A stretch of 40,629 nucleotides of DNA from a virus (taxonomy: Duplodnaviria > Caudoviricetes). Positions within the stretch are counted from its first letter, which is position 1. Each line of letters starts with the position of its first letter. The notes beneath the pieces were generated by a model that searched no databases, was not told where the DNA came from, and worked only from the letters and a program-made list of their open reading frames with translations. The position numbers and the translations under genes are program-made. This document shows, piece after piece, positions 10,401 to 18,256 of the stretch. The stretch covers positions 1 through 40,629 of IMG/VR virus record IMGVR_UViG_3300033067_001915; one strand, given 5' to 3'.

Positions 10401-11930
10401 TGCCTCCTCGAAGCCCTGACGCGCCGCAGCCGAGATCTGTTCGGCTTGGTCGAGCGCATCATTCAACTGCTGCAGGAGCTTACCGAACTCGGCGTCGCCG
10501 CCCGACAGGAGGCTCTGCGCGATTTGGGCGCGGGTCATGAGCGCGAACTTCATCTCCTCCCATCGCTTACCGACGGCTGAGTCGCCGGTGACCTTAGCCG
10601 CACGGCGCAGCTTGTCGATCGCGGGGCCCTTACCTTGGAAGATGCCGACAAGTCCACGCGTCAGCGAGAAGTCACTGTTGTCGGCGCGCGCAAACGCCGC
10701 GTCGAATGCTTCTTTCGCTAGCGCCGCAGCGTCTCCGTTGGCGTCAATCGCTCGGACGTTGGTGGGGTTGAGGCTGGCGTCGGTGTCGGCGTCGCCGGCC
10801 ATAACGCGCTCCATGCGATCCGCATAAGCATCGGCGTTCATGGTGCCGACCCCGAAGTTGTCCGTGGCACCAGCACGCCAGAGCGCAGCCCGGTGCACCA
10901 TGCGGCGCATGGTCGCGGCGACCTCGACATTCGGGCGTGGAGCGCCCGTCAGTCGGTCGAACACACGACGCAGTACGGCAGCGACGCGAGCGAAAAACTG
11001 CTCGATCGCGCTGGCTGGTTCGCGGTCCGACAGCAGCCAACGCGCGATGTTATCGGCGCTCCACTCGCGATACCCCTTCGCGTAGCTCAGGTTTTCCCAG
11101 CCGGGGTCCATTGTCCCGCTTTTCTTTGCGCTTTCGACCAACAGGCGTCGCACTTCGGTCAGACGGTCCAGCGACGCTTTGGAACCATCCACTCCCTCGA
11201 CGCTGGCAAGCCAGCGCATGTATGCGTCGATGATGCGCTCCTGCTCTGCCTCTGGCAGGTTGGCGAACATCGTCCGCTCGATAACGTGGCCGAACTCGTG
11301 CGCAAGCGTCTCGGTGATGTAGACGTCGCCGTCTAGGTACGCCGGGTTCTGCAGTGCGCTACGGGCCTGTTCGCGCATGGCCTCGATGTCGAGGCCGATG
11401 AGCATGAACCGTGTACCGTCGGGGCGCGTGACATACGCCGAGGCGATACCCGCTGCGCCTTCGCCGAAGGTGCTGTTCGTATCTCGACGGAACGACGGGA
11501 GGTCAACCAGCAGGATCGAGTCCGGCACCCCCGCGGTTTCAGCCATCGCGGTGTCCCGCCCCAGCATGTCGAGCCAGCGGTTAAGTGTCTTCGCTAACTC
11601 CACTGGAACTGGCCCGACGACCTTGACGTTTCCGACCTGTGTACCGGCGGTGGCTTGGTCGAACGCACTCGCGGATGGTGCAGGTGCTGGGGCCGCGGGA
11701 GCTTCAAGGGAGAACTTCACCGCCGTACCGTACTGCTCGTTCACCCGATCGGCGAACTCATTGGCTTCGTCGAGCGCCACCTGCAGCTGGGCCTCGATGG
11801 CCTGCACTCCGGCCTGCTCGGGGTCTACACCCTCACGGCGAAAATTCTCGGCGGTTGCCTGCATGGCATCCGCGTCGTCGCGAGAGATTGTCTTGGCGAC
11901 CTTGGTCAGGCACGAGGTCAAGCTGCCCAT
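7461..11930 (-). CDS. large internal virion/ejection protein (polyvalent-protein type) with zincin HExxH motif and PLxRFG-like region
   Basis: 1489 aa, last gene of the virion module; TLAHEFGHVIE; WFPLRRRGDY; hydrophobic segments near the C-terminus. Confidence 0.75.
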   Translation of the reverse strand: MGSLTSCLTKVAKTISRDDADAMQATAENFRREGVDPEQAGVQAIEAQLQVALDEANEFADRVNEQYGTAVKFSLEAPAAPAPAPSASAFDQATAGTQVGNVKVVGPVPVELAKTLNRWLDMLGRDTAMAETAGVPDSILLVDLPSFRRDTNSTFGEGAAGIASAYVTRPDGTRFMLIGLDIEAMREQARSALQNPAYLDGDVYITETLAHEFGHVIERTMFANLPEAEQERIIDAYMRWLASVEGVDGSKASLDRLTEVRRLLVESAKKSGTMDPGWENLSYAKGYREWSADNIARWLLSDREPASAIEQFFARVAAVLRRVFDRLTGAPRPNVEVAATMRRMVHRAALWRAGATDNFGVGTMNADAYADRMERVMAGDADTDASLNPTNVRAIDANGDAAALAKEAFDAAFARADNSDFSLTRGLVGIFQGKGPAIDKLRRAAKVTGDSAVGKRWEEMKFALMTRAQIAQSLLSGGDAEFGKLLQQLNDALDQAEQISAAARQGFEEAFELAAQLAPKARTMLQLVMHDATFLDIHPDVGFNAPENKHLTDTPLRRAQHARLSAMYQMMKEADPNTAKVYMGLRDAARELNVEILEQQIKLLEAELTAASQTVGGKELTARQKEAASAIQSQIDQLRNQATDQQRGPWFPLRRRGDYIVRVPLPDRIIRDGEDLFKTKDAAEKVAERARAQNPKSTVRVAPFRDDDNNVLGYDIRVSRKGVFFFDSIAAAEASVADMKATVRQLWADEGVSDSAISEYLEGIDESSWNAKKVSDAFYDEKEVPASILKQLRELSGKEGGVPPSVVKALETLALEADARFTLNASALPRRNIIGASHDMLTAMAEWAYGASYTLGTLRTKDKSERAWSAMNKMANDTSNTRQASTRRTVFNAIYQNEKLTQDRRAINTGNAIENFLSKISNLMSLAFSPAYVAINATQPLVVAAPLLGSQVIRRADGTYETLGLVRANQLLLDAMKGNGGSPLNGLWSATTNGAKEFIQHLRSFVDRQGDARYTPEQMFDEVLNTYARTPTEKALLRTLRDMGALDFGHLAALQDTLASGRWEQKFNTMNRMGMAFAQHVETMNRTVTALAAYRAATTELGMEPVIALDGEAVSLDAENETVRFVKDFVNESMINYSMVNRPNVFKYRFAGPLLQFKMYMQGIYAIFLRHSFMAFSSDPAKKKQGRAALLHLLTTHTVMSGALGLGPMALAAKVTLWALVATGIAGDEEDKYKDSDTLLHEFIKEHFGDGVMGTAAERGLPAALLNMDLSSRAGIPNLFDTRFIQIRDEDNPKERVDKTFLYALGPVYSNIARGLGHGTAAFGESINYLQGESDGDDVLRELMRASPAGVRSLLDAIKYETTGVTEADGDRMLKPEDLSTWDTFTRALGVTPTTVSQLYDQRTREYSTTANITNQREDVLRAYTKAKTSGTVDDVLRARNRIRDFNRTAPDAFKIRPDQASRAVSSREEREAGVVNRQREAIRNEVLE

Positions 11931-11970
11931 GTGAAAGTCCTACGGCTGGAGGGCTCTAGTCTCGCATGGT

Positions 11971-12204
11971 TCAATCCCAGACGCCGACGGCCTCCAGCGC
12001 CAGCACGGCCAGCAGGCCGAGCTCCATGACCTCGTCATCGTCCGATTGCACCATCTCACGGACCAGCCGGACGTTCTTACGCGGCGTGCCGCCAACTTTG
12101 GGGGGTGCGACGACCGTAACCGGGACGTCCAGCAGGCCCTGCGCCGCGGTCTGGGCTGGGCCGAACCCGATACCCTGCAGCGCGATGGCGAGGGGGTCGA
12201 TCAC
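11971..12204 (-). CDS. small hypothetical protein with acidic-then-hydrophobic C-terminus
   Basis: GTGA coupling with the upstream gene; ends DDDEVMELGLLAVLAL. Confidence 0.7.
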   Translation of the reverse strand: MIDPLAIALQGIGFGPAQTAAQGLLDVPVTVVAPPKVGGTPRKNVRLVREMVQSDDDEVMELGLLAVLALEAVGVWD

Positions 12205-13175
12205 TGACGGACGACCGTGGTGACGCCCCCGGTGGTGGCGAGGGTCTGGGCGATGCCCGGCGCGGTGCGCTCGGTGGGCGTGACCGTCATGGGCCCGGTT
12301 AGCGCATGCAGCGCGGCGAGCTCCTCGATCATCGTGCCGACGTCGCCGTAGAACGTGTCGTGCCCGGCGATGGTCGTCAGCGTGACCGCGGCGCCGACGG
12401 TGCTGGTGGCCTGCACGACGTCGCCCGTGGCCCGGCCACCGGCGCTGACCGCCAGCGGGGCCGTGCGGTCAAGCCCGTGGAGTTGGTACAGCTTGCGGAG
12501 CAGCAGCGCCTGCGCGGGGGTGACGGCGAAGGTCCCGCCGACGACACCCGTGGCGACCACGGTGTCCCCGGCTTCCGTGACCGCGAGATCTCCGCTGACC
12601 CCGGGAGCGGTGACGATGCCGGTGGCGGCGAACGCGTCCGCGCCCTCGGTGACGGCCAGCGTGCCCCGATTGATCGAGACGCCTGACGCCGCGAAGGTGT
12701 CGGCGCCCTCGGTGACGGCCAGTGCACCGCGCTCGATCGACACGCCGCCGGCAGTGAAGGTGTCGGCGCCCTCGGTGACGGCCAGCGTGCCCCGCTCAAC
12801 CGATACGCCGCCGGCGGTGAAGGTGTCGGCGCCCTCGGTGACGGCCAGTGCACCGCGGTTGATCGAGACGCCGGTAGCCGCGAACGTATCACCAGCTTCG
12901 GTAACGGCGAGCGCGCCGCGGTTGATCGAGACGCCAGCAGCGGAGAAAGTGTCAGCGCCCTCGGTGACCGCCAGCGTGCCGGTGACGGTAGCCGCACCGC
13001 CGGAAACGGTGCCGGTAGCATCGAACGTGTCCGCGCCTTCGGTAACGGCGAGGTCGCCGACCGCGCCCGCAGGCGCGCCGAAGAACTCGGCGCGAAGGGC
13101 AACGGCGGAGGCCTCGTTCCCCAACCACTGGACAGACCCGCCGAGCGGGTAGCGAGTGGCGTAGCTCGGGGTCAT
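12201..13175 (-). CDS. repeat-containing putative virion structural (fibre/decoration) protein
   Basis: ATGA coupling; eight GxLAVTExxDxF repeats; Thr/Ala/Gly-rich. Confidence 0.75.
   Translation of the reverse strand: MTPSYATRYPLGGSVQWLGNEASAVALRAEFFGAPAGAVGDLAVTEGADTFDATGTVSGGAATVTGTLAVTEGADTFSAAGVSINRGALAVTEAGDTFAATGVSINRGALAVTEGADTFTAGGVSVERGTLAVTEGADTFTAGGVSIERGALAVTEGADTFAASGVSINRGTLAVTEGADAFAATGIVTAPGVSGDLAVTEAGDTVVATGVVGGTFAVTPAQALLLRKLYQLHGLDRTAPLAVSAGGRATGDVVQATSTVGAAVTLTTIAGHDTFYGDVGTMIEELAALHALTGPMTVTPTERTAPGIAQTLATTGGVTTVVRQ
12534..13058 (-). repeat. coding tandem repeat, 8 units, core period 63 bp (21 aa)
   Basis: Unit such as GALAVTEGADTFTAGGVSIER; DNA GCGCCCTCGGTGACGGCCAG recurs at 63-bp spacing in the central copies. 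Confidence 0.92.
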
Positions 13176-14020
13176 GCGTGGATGATGTCGCCTTCGCCAC
13201 GGATCGCGCCCGTGGAGGTCGTCGAGCAGATCACCAGCATCTCAAGGCAGGCGTCGTTTGGAACTTCTGCCAAACGAAGCTGCGCCCAGTCGCGGTCGGT
13301 GGCGAGGTTGACCGTGGACATCGGCATCTTGAACTTGTGCCGCCGCGCGGTGAAGCCGACGTTGCCCGCCGTGCCGGTGCTGGCGCTCAGGATGACGCTG
13401 TTGATGCCACGGATGAACTTGCCCTGCTGCGCGGCCGGGATGAAAGGCGTCAACGAGATCGAGCGGCCAGTACGCAGCGTGCCGCCGACTGCAATCACGT
13501 TGAGGTTGCCCGTCGTGCCGTCGTCGTACGTGACGTTGACCGTGGCGTTCGAGGCCGTCGCTCCGCCGTCGCCGTAAATGTCGAGGAACCACTCGATGTC
13601 CGAGTAGTTCGCTGCACCGACGCGCGTCGCAGGCGGGGCCAGCGTCTGCAAGTCAATCGGCAGGTTCGTCGTCTGCGAGGTCGTGACGTTCAGCACCAAA
13701 CCCGCCTGATGGGCGATTCGGTCGCGCATGAAGAGCGACATGCCCGAGTTGTTGCTGTTCGTGACGCTGATGTAGCCGAAGTACGACGTGACCGGCGAGG
13801 TCTGGTTGTTGAACGCAATCGCGCCAGCGAGCGCCTTGGTGCAGACAGCGGGTGCCGTCGGGATGGCGCCCTGACCCGGCTGTCCGGTCGCGCGCCACAG
13901 GCTGAAGATCAGCCCAGCCGCCGCGCTGGCGATGCTCGCCTTGTCGACGATGAAAGGCGAGTTGTTGCCAGCCAGCGCGGCGGCAATCTGGTTGACGGCG
14001 TTTGCGGCGCTGATCGCCAT
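13172..14020 (-). CDS. putative virion structural protein (beta-rich)
   Basis: AAGGAG RBS; 282 aa, Thr/Ser/Gly-rich; SLWRATGQPG and STGTAGNVG motifs; within the structural cassette. Confidence 0.7.
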   Translation of the reverse strand: MAISAANAVNQIAAALAGNNSPFIVDKASIASAAAGLIFSLWRATGQPGQGAIPTAPAVCTKALAGAIAFNNQTSPVTSYFGYISVTNSNNSGMSLFMRDRIAHQAGLVLNVTTSQTTNLPIDLQTLAPPATRVGAANYSDIEWFLDIYGDGGATASNATVNVTYDDGTTGNLNVIAVGGTLRTGRSISLTPFIPAAQQGKFIRGINSVILSASTGTAGNVGFTARRHKFKMPMSTVNLATDRDWAQLRLAEVPNDACLEMLVICSTTSTGAIRGEGDIIHA

Positions 14021-14029
14021 GACGGCTCC

Positions 14030-14410
14030 TTACGGCGCGTGCGTGATCGCGGCGCTGTTGATCTGGACCTGCTGGAACGCATTGATCGTCGTCGTGTCGA
14101 GCACGATGTCCGTACCGCTGATACCAACGGTCAGGCCGGTGACGATGTCCACGCTGTTCGAGTCGCGGATGCGCGCAACCGCCGCGACGCCGGAGGCGTT
14201 GGCCGAGGTATCACTGCGCGGGAATCCGCTGAACGTCAGCACGCCTGCCGCGACGGTGCCGCACGGATCGCCGAGGGTGACCTGCGCGAGGACGCTGGCG
14301 AACCCGGCAGTGCCGATCTCGAGCACGCCCGGGTCGGCGCCGGCGTCGATCGCGTCGCGGACAACCGTGAGCCGGGCGTTTTTGACGTTGGTGTTGTAGT
14401 TAGCGGCCAT
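14030..14410 (-). CDS. putative virion structural protein (126 aa)
   Basis: GAGGAG RBS before ATG 14410 (MAANYNTNVKNARL...LEIGTAG...A..ARI), a pattern common in small phage structural proteins. Confidence 0.75.
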   Translation of the reverse strand: MAANYNTNVKNARLTVVRDAIDAGADPGVLEIGTAGFASVLAQVTLGDPCGTVAAGVLTFSGFPRSDTSANASGVAAVARIRDSNSVDIVTGLTVGISGTDIVLDTTTINAFQQVQINSAAITHAP

Positions 14411-14420
14411 GGCCGGCTCC

Positions 14421-14729
14421 TCAGTCGTTCCAGTGGAAGGTGATTTCGACGCTCTTGATCTGGCCCTTCGCATCGCGGCTGGGGACCATCTGCATGCCCG
14501 ACGGGCGCCGCGGGGGCGCCGGGGGCTGGAGTTTCGCCACGGCCTCGCGCAGGGCTTCGACCGCCTCGCCGAGACCCTCGCCGACCCGGACCTCGATGAC
14601 CCGGAGCTCCGGCGCCGCCGGCGCTGCAGGTGCAGCCTCGACGACCTTGACCTCCGCGACCGAAGCCGGCACAGCCTTGGCCTTGAGGCCCAGATCCTTC
14701 GCGACGGCGGTGGGGAGGCGAATAGTCAT
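14421..14729 (-). CDS. hypothetical protein (102 aa)
   Basis: ATGA coupling; Ala/Pro-rich, ends in SRDAKGQIKSVEI. Confidence 0.7.
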   Translation of the reverse strand: MTIRLPTAVAKDLGLKAKAVPASVAEVKVVEAAPAAPAAPELRVIEVRVGEGLGEAVEALREAVAKLQPPAPPRRPSGMQMVPSRDAKGQIKSVEITFHWND

Positions 14730-17700
14730 TTCAGCACGCAGGCCATAAGGCGGGTGAGGTTTTCGAGCCGCTTGCGGTACCAGTCGAGGATAACACTCGG
14801 TTTGACTTGCGACTCGCCACCATCCACCTCGACGGACATCTCTGCCGCGGCAAGTACCGGCGCGTCTAGCCCTTCAGCTACCGGCGTGGGCGGTTGGGCT
14901 GGCGGGGATTCGGGCGCTTCCGGCAGGCGTGATTCGTCCGTAACACCAAAGTCGGTGTACGGCTCCGACTCAAGCTCGCGGATCTGCCGGGCGAGTTCCG
15001 CAGCCTCGCGGTCTACGCGCCGGGCTTCTTCCGTCGGGCTGCGTCGCGCACCTTTTTTGGCAGGGCCAGCCCGGTCTCGTCCCGTTTCGGTCGAGCCTTC
15101 TGGAACCGACCCCTTCGACGGGCCGCGCCCGCCCGTTTCGGTGGTGGTCGGCTCGGCATCGCTGGCTTCAAGCGCGTCCAACTGAGCAAGCAGTTGGTCG
15201 GCCTGCGCCTGAATGCGCTCACGGTCGGACTTCCGCAGGGGGACCTTACTATTGAGGCGGCGTTCCAGTGGGGCCAGCATCTCCATCAGCGTCTTGCGCT
15301 GCTGCTCGGGAGTTCCGGCCAGCTCGACCTTGACCTCCCCCGCCTGCTGCACGGCCGGCGCTGCCGCGGGCGGCGTTGCGCGGGGAGCTTCCACGGCCGC
15401 GAGCTGCCGCTGGTTGTACTTCTTCGTGGCTTCCTGCGACGTGAGCGTGCGCCGCTCTGCCAGCGCCTCCTCGGGAGTCGTAACCTCTACGGCGGTCGTT
15501 TCCGTGTTGACGATGTCAGAGACGGCGTCGACACCTTCGTCCACCCGGTCTTCCGGCACAAGCATTTCAACCGTTGGCGTGCCGGAAGCCTTGTTCCGGC
15601 CCTTGACCACGACGGGCGGCTTGTCGCTCTTGGCGACGTCTTCCTTGTTGATCGGGAAGTTCAGGAGCTTCGCGACCTCAGCTTGGTTCTCGCCCCGTGC
15701 CGGGTTCTCCTGCAGGCGGCGGGCTTTGCTCTTGTTGGTGGTCAGGAGGATGCCCGCACGCGTCCGCACCTGCCGGACGTTCTTCGGCAGGGTGACGCCC
15801 GCAGGCGGCTCGGCGCGCCCGCTGATCCACACCGCGTCCCGACCCGCGTTGGGGTCGAGCATCTCGGCGATCTCCGCCGTGATCTTGCGGTCGGACTCGC
15901 GCAGCGTTTCGTTCTTCGGAACGCGGGCCGCGGGGGTCGGACCTCCGCTGGGGCCGAACATCGGTCGCGTTGCCGCCGCGGCATTGAGCCGCTCGTTGAC
16001 GCCCTCGGCCTCCGCCCGCTCGTCGACGCCCATGACGCCGTCGATGCCCTCGATCGATTCGTCAGCAGCGCGCATGCCACCGGCTGGGCGCGTGCCCTGC
16101 CCGCCGTTGGGGAACGCAAGCTCGCCCTGCGTGCCCCGCGGTCCGATGCTCTGCTCGATGATGGCAAGCCGCTGGCGGATACCGTCGGCGACAGGGTCGT
16201 TCTCAGCGAAGCCCGCGGCGCGACGCTCGTCCAGCATGCGCTCCAGCTGGTCGCGCTCCTGTGCCAACTGCGCCTGTTCCTCGGCCATACCGCTGAACTG
16301 GTCTGGCAGGAGGGCGGGGTTGTTGTACGAGTCCTCGAACCGCTGCGCGAACTGGTCCTCCTGCGCGGACAGGCGGTCGCGAAGCTCCGGCCGGAACGCC
16401 TCGAGCAGTCGCCCCGTACGCGGGGGCGGCAGGCGACGTCCGGTGACCTCGACAGCTTCGCCATCGATGATGTCCTCCTCCGCCCCCATACCCCCCTGCT
16501 GGCCGCTGGTCCAACTGGTTCCCAGCGGACGGAGCGCCGTGCCGGGAATCCGCGACTGCTGCGGGGTCGGACTGCCGTCGGCGTCGAACAGCGACGTCTG
16601 GTTCGGGTCTTCAAACGCACTGGGCGCCGGTGGCGAACCGAACTGACTCTCCAGCTGCTCGCGCCGCATCTGCAGCGACTCCAGCTGCATGCCCATCCAC
16701 GCCTGCTCCTGCGGGTCCGTGGTGGCCTGCATCCGCTGCTGCATCTGGGGGATGACCCGATACAGCTCCTCCAACTCCGTCATCGCAGCCGCCTCGGCGT
16801 CGACGCCCGGGCCGAACGAGGGCGCCGCGCCGAACATGTCCTGCGTCTGGCCGCGCGCCGGCGGAGTCGGGCGGAGGTTCTTGCGATCGAACGCCAACGC
16901 CTCCGCGGCGCTGATCTGGCGCGGCGCGGCCGGACCAGCCGGAGCCGCGGTGCCCGGGGGTGCGACCACTCCGTCAAGCGCAGCGTCGAGGCTCGGGTCA
17001 CCCGTGCGCGACAGCGTCGGCGGGGTGCGGAGGCCGCCAAGGGCGCCCAGCGGGCCACCGCCGGCGACGCCACCGAAGAAGTCAGCCCATGTGCCGTACC
17101 GACCGAACTCATATCCGCGACCGGTACCTGCGGAAATGTCGGCCATTGCCTGCGAGATGTCGGTCTCGAAGAACTCCTGCGCGCCTTCACCGGTGCCGCC
17201 CACCGCGCCCATGCCGGCAGAGCCGCGGAGTCGCGCAGTCATGCCGGTGGAGCTGCCACGGAGAGCGCGCAGCATGGCGTCGCCAATCTCATCGCCGGCC
17301 TTGGCGCCCGCGCCACCGAAGCCGAGACCCCGCATCGCGAACCGCCCAACAGGCGCGGCGATCAAGCCCGTGGCGCCACCAATGACCGCGCCAGTGCGGG
17401 CGGCAGAGGTGCGGCCGCGACGAACAAGCTCTGACACAGCGTCGGTGTGGTTGTTGCCCGCGCGACGCAGCGACATGTATTCCGCATTACCGGCGAGGTC
17501 TTCCGGTGCGGCCTGCGACAGAGCCTGTTGTAGGCGCTGGGCCGCCTCGTCACCCTGCGACGCAGAGGCCATACCGCCGGCGACCGTGACAGCCGCTGCG
17601 GCGCCAGCCACCGGAGACGCGAGCGATCCGATGGCACCCGCAGCCAGTACGGGGACGCCAGTTTCGATGGCCTGAATGCCCGCCTGCCCGAAGCCGACCA

Positions 17701-18256
17701 GTGACTCGTTTGGCGCCATCGTACGACCAACCCGCTCGTACATCGTGAGGTTCTCACGGCGCCACGCATCAGCCCCCTCGTACAGCTTCGGGATATCCGC
17801 CCCGAATACGGCACCGACGCCACGCGGGACGCTCGCAACTGCCTCCAACATGCCGCGGCCGATCGAGCCGAGGCGGTTGTCCACCTCTGCGTTGTTGTAC
17901 AGGTCCTGCCACCGGGCCTTGACGTCGGCCAGCGAGCGGGCTTCGAGGCCCGGTGCCAGCTGCATCTGCGGCAGGTCGTCGAGCTCGGCGAACATCTTGA
18001 CGACAGCGGGGTCGTCTGCGTCGAACTCCTCCGTCCCGACGACGTACTTGCCAGTGCGGGGGTTGAACCCGATCTGCGCTGTCACCGGCGCACGGCCGGG
18101 ACGCTGCGCCATCAGCCCAGAGACCGCACGGTAACGGTCCTCCATCGCGCCGAGCACGCGGGCCTGACCCGCTTGCGACACGGCGTTGTACGCGTCCCAG
18201 TCACCCTGCGGCTGCGGGGCGACGCGGGGTCCAAATCCAAGCGGACGACGTGCCAT
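14726..18256 (-). CDS. internal virion/ejection protein (1176 aa)
   Basis: TAATG coupling; Gly/Ala-rich hydrophobic N-terminal third followed by disordered and coiled-coil regions; position among ejection genes. Confidence 0.7.
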   Translation of the reverse strand: MARRPLGFGPRVAPQPQGDWDAYNAVSQAGQARVLGAMEDRYRAVSGLMAQRPGRAPVTAQIGFNPRTGKYVVGTEEFDADDPAVVKMFAELDDLPQMQLAPGLEARSLADVKARWQDLYNNAEVDNRLGSIGRGMLEAVASVPRGVGAVFGADIPKLYEGADAWRRENLTMYERVGRTMAPNESLVGFGQAGIQAIETGVPVLAAGAIGSLASPVAGAAAAVTVAGGMASASQGDEAAQRLQQALSQAAPEDLAGNAEYMSLRRAGNNHTDAVSELVRRGRTSAARTGAVIGGATGLIAAPVGRFAMRGLGFGGAGAKAGDEIGDAMLRALRGSSTGMTARLRGSAGMGAVGGTGEGAQEFFETDISQAMADISAGTGRGYEFGRYGTWADFFGGVAGGGPLGALGGLRTPPTLSRTGDPSLDAALDGVVAPPGTAAPAGPAAPRQISAAEALAFDRKNLRPTPPARGQTQDMFGAAPSFGPGVDAEAAAMTELEELYRVIPQMQQRMQATTDPQEQAWMGMQLESLQMRREQLESQFGSPPAPSAFEDPNQTSLFDADGSPTPQQSRIPGTALRPLGTSWTSGQQGGMGAEEDIIDGEAVEVTGRRLPPPRTGRLLEAFRPELRDRLSAQEDQFAQRFEDSYNNPALLPDQFSGMAEEQAQLAQERDQLERMLDERRAAGFAENDPVADGIRQRLAIIEQSIGPRGTQGELAFPNGGQGTRPAGGMRAADESIEGIDGVMGVDERAEAEGVNERLNAAAATRPMFGPSGGPTPAARVPKNETLRESDRKITAEIAEMLDPNAGRDAVWISGRAEPPAGVTLPKNVRQVRTRAGILLTTNKSKARRLQENPARGENQAEVAKLLNFPINKEDVAKSDKPPVVVKGRNKASGTPTVEMLVPEDRVDEGVDAVSDIVNTETTAVEVTTPEEALAERRTLTSQEATKKYNQRQLAAVEAPRATPPAAAPAVQQAGEVKVELAGTPEQQRKTLMEMLAPLERRLNSKVPLRKSDRERIQAQADQLLAQLDALEASDAEPTTTETGGRGPSKGSVPEGSTETGRDRAGPAKKGARRSPTEEARRVDREAAELARQIRELESEPYTDFGVTDESRLPEAPESPPAQPPTPVAEGLDAPVLAAAEMSVEVDGGESQVKPSVILDWYRKRLENLTRLMACVLK

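Noticed and set aside
12534-13058. Regularly spaced DNA repeats as a possible CRISPR array or DGR template/variable repeat
   Set aside because: In-frame 63-bp coding repeats with synonymous variation, no unique spacers, no adenine-specific mismatch pattern noticed, and no cas or reverse transcriptase gene in the window
15194-17434. 746-aa plus-strand ORF, and similar long antisense ORFs at 2926-4383, 13178-14443, 30149-31252 and 34887-36290
   Set aside because: Shadow frames opposite well-supported genes; expected with high GC3 and show no recognisable motifs
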